Source: Lepidodermella squamata (lineage: Eukaryota; Animalia; Gastrotricha). Taken from it: 64,000 nucleotides of DNA. Of this stretch, positions 62,362 to 64,000 are shown in pieces. Both the position numbers and the translations under genes were made by a program. Each line of letters opens with the position of its first letter. The first letter of the stretch is position 1. The notes beneath the pieces are model-generated. The model was given only the letters and a program-made list of their open reading frames with translations, made no database searches and was not told where the DNA came from. The stretch spans positions 5,270,001 to 5,334,000 of the forward strand of contig JBLDXI010000009.1 of assembly GCA_047495785.1 (NCBI GenBank). The letters are read 5' to 3'.

Positions 62362-63587
62362 TTAATAAGGACGTATGGTAATCAACGCAATCACAGTCAA
62401 TACAGCAATGAGGTAGAAAGGTCCGGGTAATTTGCAAGACGAGTCGCCCAAATGCCGATGCTCAGTCGTCGGCTTCCTCTTGCCGCGCCAGTTCGCCCGC
62501 CGATCCATCAACACGAATGCCGCATCAGAATAGCCGCGGTCTTCAGCCTCCAACAACGCCGTATTCTCCTGTTCATCCGTCGCCTCAATATTCGCGCCGC
62601 GATCGAGCAGCAGCTGCAAAATATCCGTCTGCCCGGTTGAAGCGGCCCAAATTAGCGGAGTCCGGCCGTAGATTTTGTCTTTCGCCTCAATATCAGCGCC
62701 GCGATCTAGTAACAACTTGACAACCGCATAACGGCCACTCGTGCAAGCGCTTATTAGAGCCGTGAACCCATCCTCGGGTGATACGTTGGGGTCGGCGCCA
62801 AAATCAAGTAAAATTTTGGTAACTTCGCGACTTCTTGATAGAGTCAACGCTGAGTAGCCTCCGCCAGCTTTCGCCTCGAAATCAGCCCCGCGTTGAAGGA
62901 GCAGTCTTACAACATCAGGGAAGCCTCTTTGAGCTGCAACTATCAACGGGGTGTAGTAACCACTATCCCTAGCGTTGATATTTCCACCTGCGTCGAGGAG
63001 AGCCCGAAGAATATCGACCCGGCCTGTGGAAGCTGCTAGATGCAATGGGGTCTCTTTATTCACCCCCTCTGGAGCATCAGGATCCGCCCCGGCTTTGAGC
63101 AGGGCCTGGACGTTCTTCAAAATCCCGAAATGGACGGCGAAACCCAAAGGACGTCGGCCTTCGTTGTATTCTTCGATATTAGGATCAGCCCCAAATTCGA
63201 GGAGTAGCTCCAACATTTCTAGGCTTTGGTTACATTGAGCAGCTCGGAGGAGGGCTGTAGCGCCCACAATCAGTTCGTAGCCTGAGTACTCGCCAGCGCA
63301 AGAATACGCATCTTGATCAGCTCGGGCATTGACTTCAACCTCCCGGTTATTCAGCATCGATCTAACAGTCGCCAGATCTCCGGAAACGGCTGCTTGGCCT
63401 AATTGTTGAATCTTGGCATAGTAAGCATCTTTTTGAGCAGACTTCATTGGCTGAAAAATGTAAATATTTCGGTTTTCAACAATAATTCAGTGGTAAGGAT
63501 TATTACGTCAGGCTCGTCGACACTGTTTCTAATTGCCGCCACGCCTGAGAGAACGTGAGCCGAAAGAAGCACGAGAAAAGTCAACAT
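62362..63587 (-). CDS. Signal-peptide ankyrin-repeat protein with C-terminal hydrophobic anchor; complement(join(62362..63450,63507..63587))
   Basis: Exon 1 MLTFLVLLSAHVLSGVAAIRNSVDEPD; 56-nt GT-AG phase-0 intron; ~9 ANK repeats (TPLHLAA, TPLIVAA, TALISAC, TPLIWAA); tail FYLIAVLTVIALITIRPY. Confidence 0.8.
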
Positions 63588-64000
63588 GGTATTGCCCGCT
63601 ATAGGGGTTCGAATGACGAGTTGCCTCTTTGCTGGTCTTGGCGCGGCGGAAAACAAGCGGTATTATTAATGATCGGTATTGATTATGGTGTTTTCCGTAG
63701 CGTGACACGTAATACTATTTCATAAGTGCAGAAAGAAATTCGTCGAGCTAACAAAGCGGTTGTCTCGATCGATCGGCTGATGCATAGTCAGCGCACTTTG
63801 TAATTATTCTCAACAGGTGTGGGCATGGAGCGCGCCTTCGCCCGCCCAGTGCGACAAACGTAGCGAGAAGATAATTTTTGCGTTAATTATTCATCGGCCC
63901 ATCGAGCAAGTGCCGGGTTAAGAGTGATCAGATGGGCGGATAGCTGCTGTTGATAAACATGCCGCACTCGCGGTAAACATATTTACTCCGAGATTGAGAA

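Overview
Eukaryotic DNA, most likely an invertebrate animal (spliceosomal introns often 50-65 nt, TTAGGG-like repeats, a Gfi1 gene and a Cys-loop channel). Host genes, assembled by hand across introns: intronless LRRC51-like; VAMP7-like R-SNARE (GC-AG intron, Ser/Thr-rich luminal tail); five intact plus two decayed small secreted PAN/apple-like genes (8.9-34 kb); six-finger Gfi1/senseless inside a ~20 kb non-coding region with many CG-rich blocks; a divergent non-alpha nAChR-type subunit with an anion-channel PAR motif formed across a splice junction; five tRNA genes; and a signal-peptide + ankyrin-repeat + hydrophobic-tail protein. The 9-34 kb region is dense in transposons. Its centrepiece is a triple nest. 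A ~0.7 kb CAG..CTG element (7-bp TSD) holds an intact Zator-type DNA transposon (perfect 111-bp TIRs, TTA TSD). The Zator carries a second, divergently transcribed 409-aa gene, possibly PWWP-like + coiled coil + BEN-like. It in turn holds a Mutator element encoding a transposase-SWIM-Ulp1 protease fusion (9-bp TSD). Domain and family assignments come from motif recognition by eye, not database searches.
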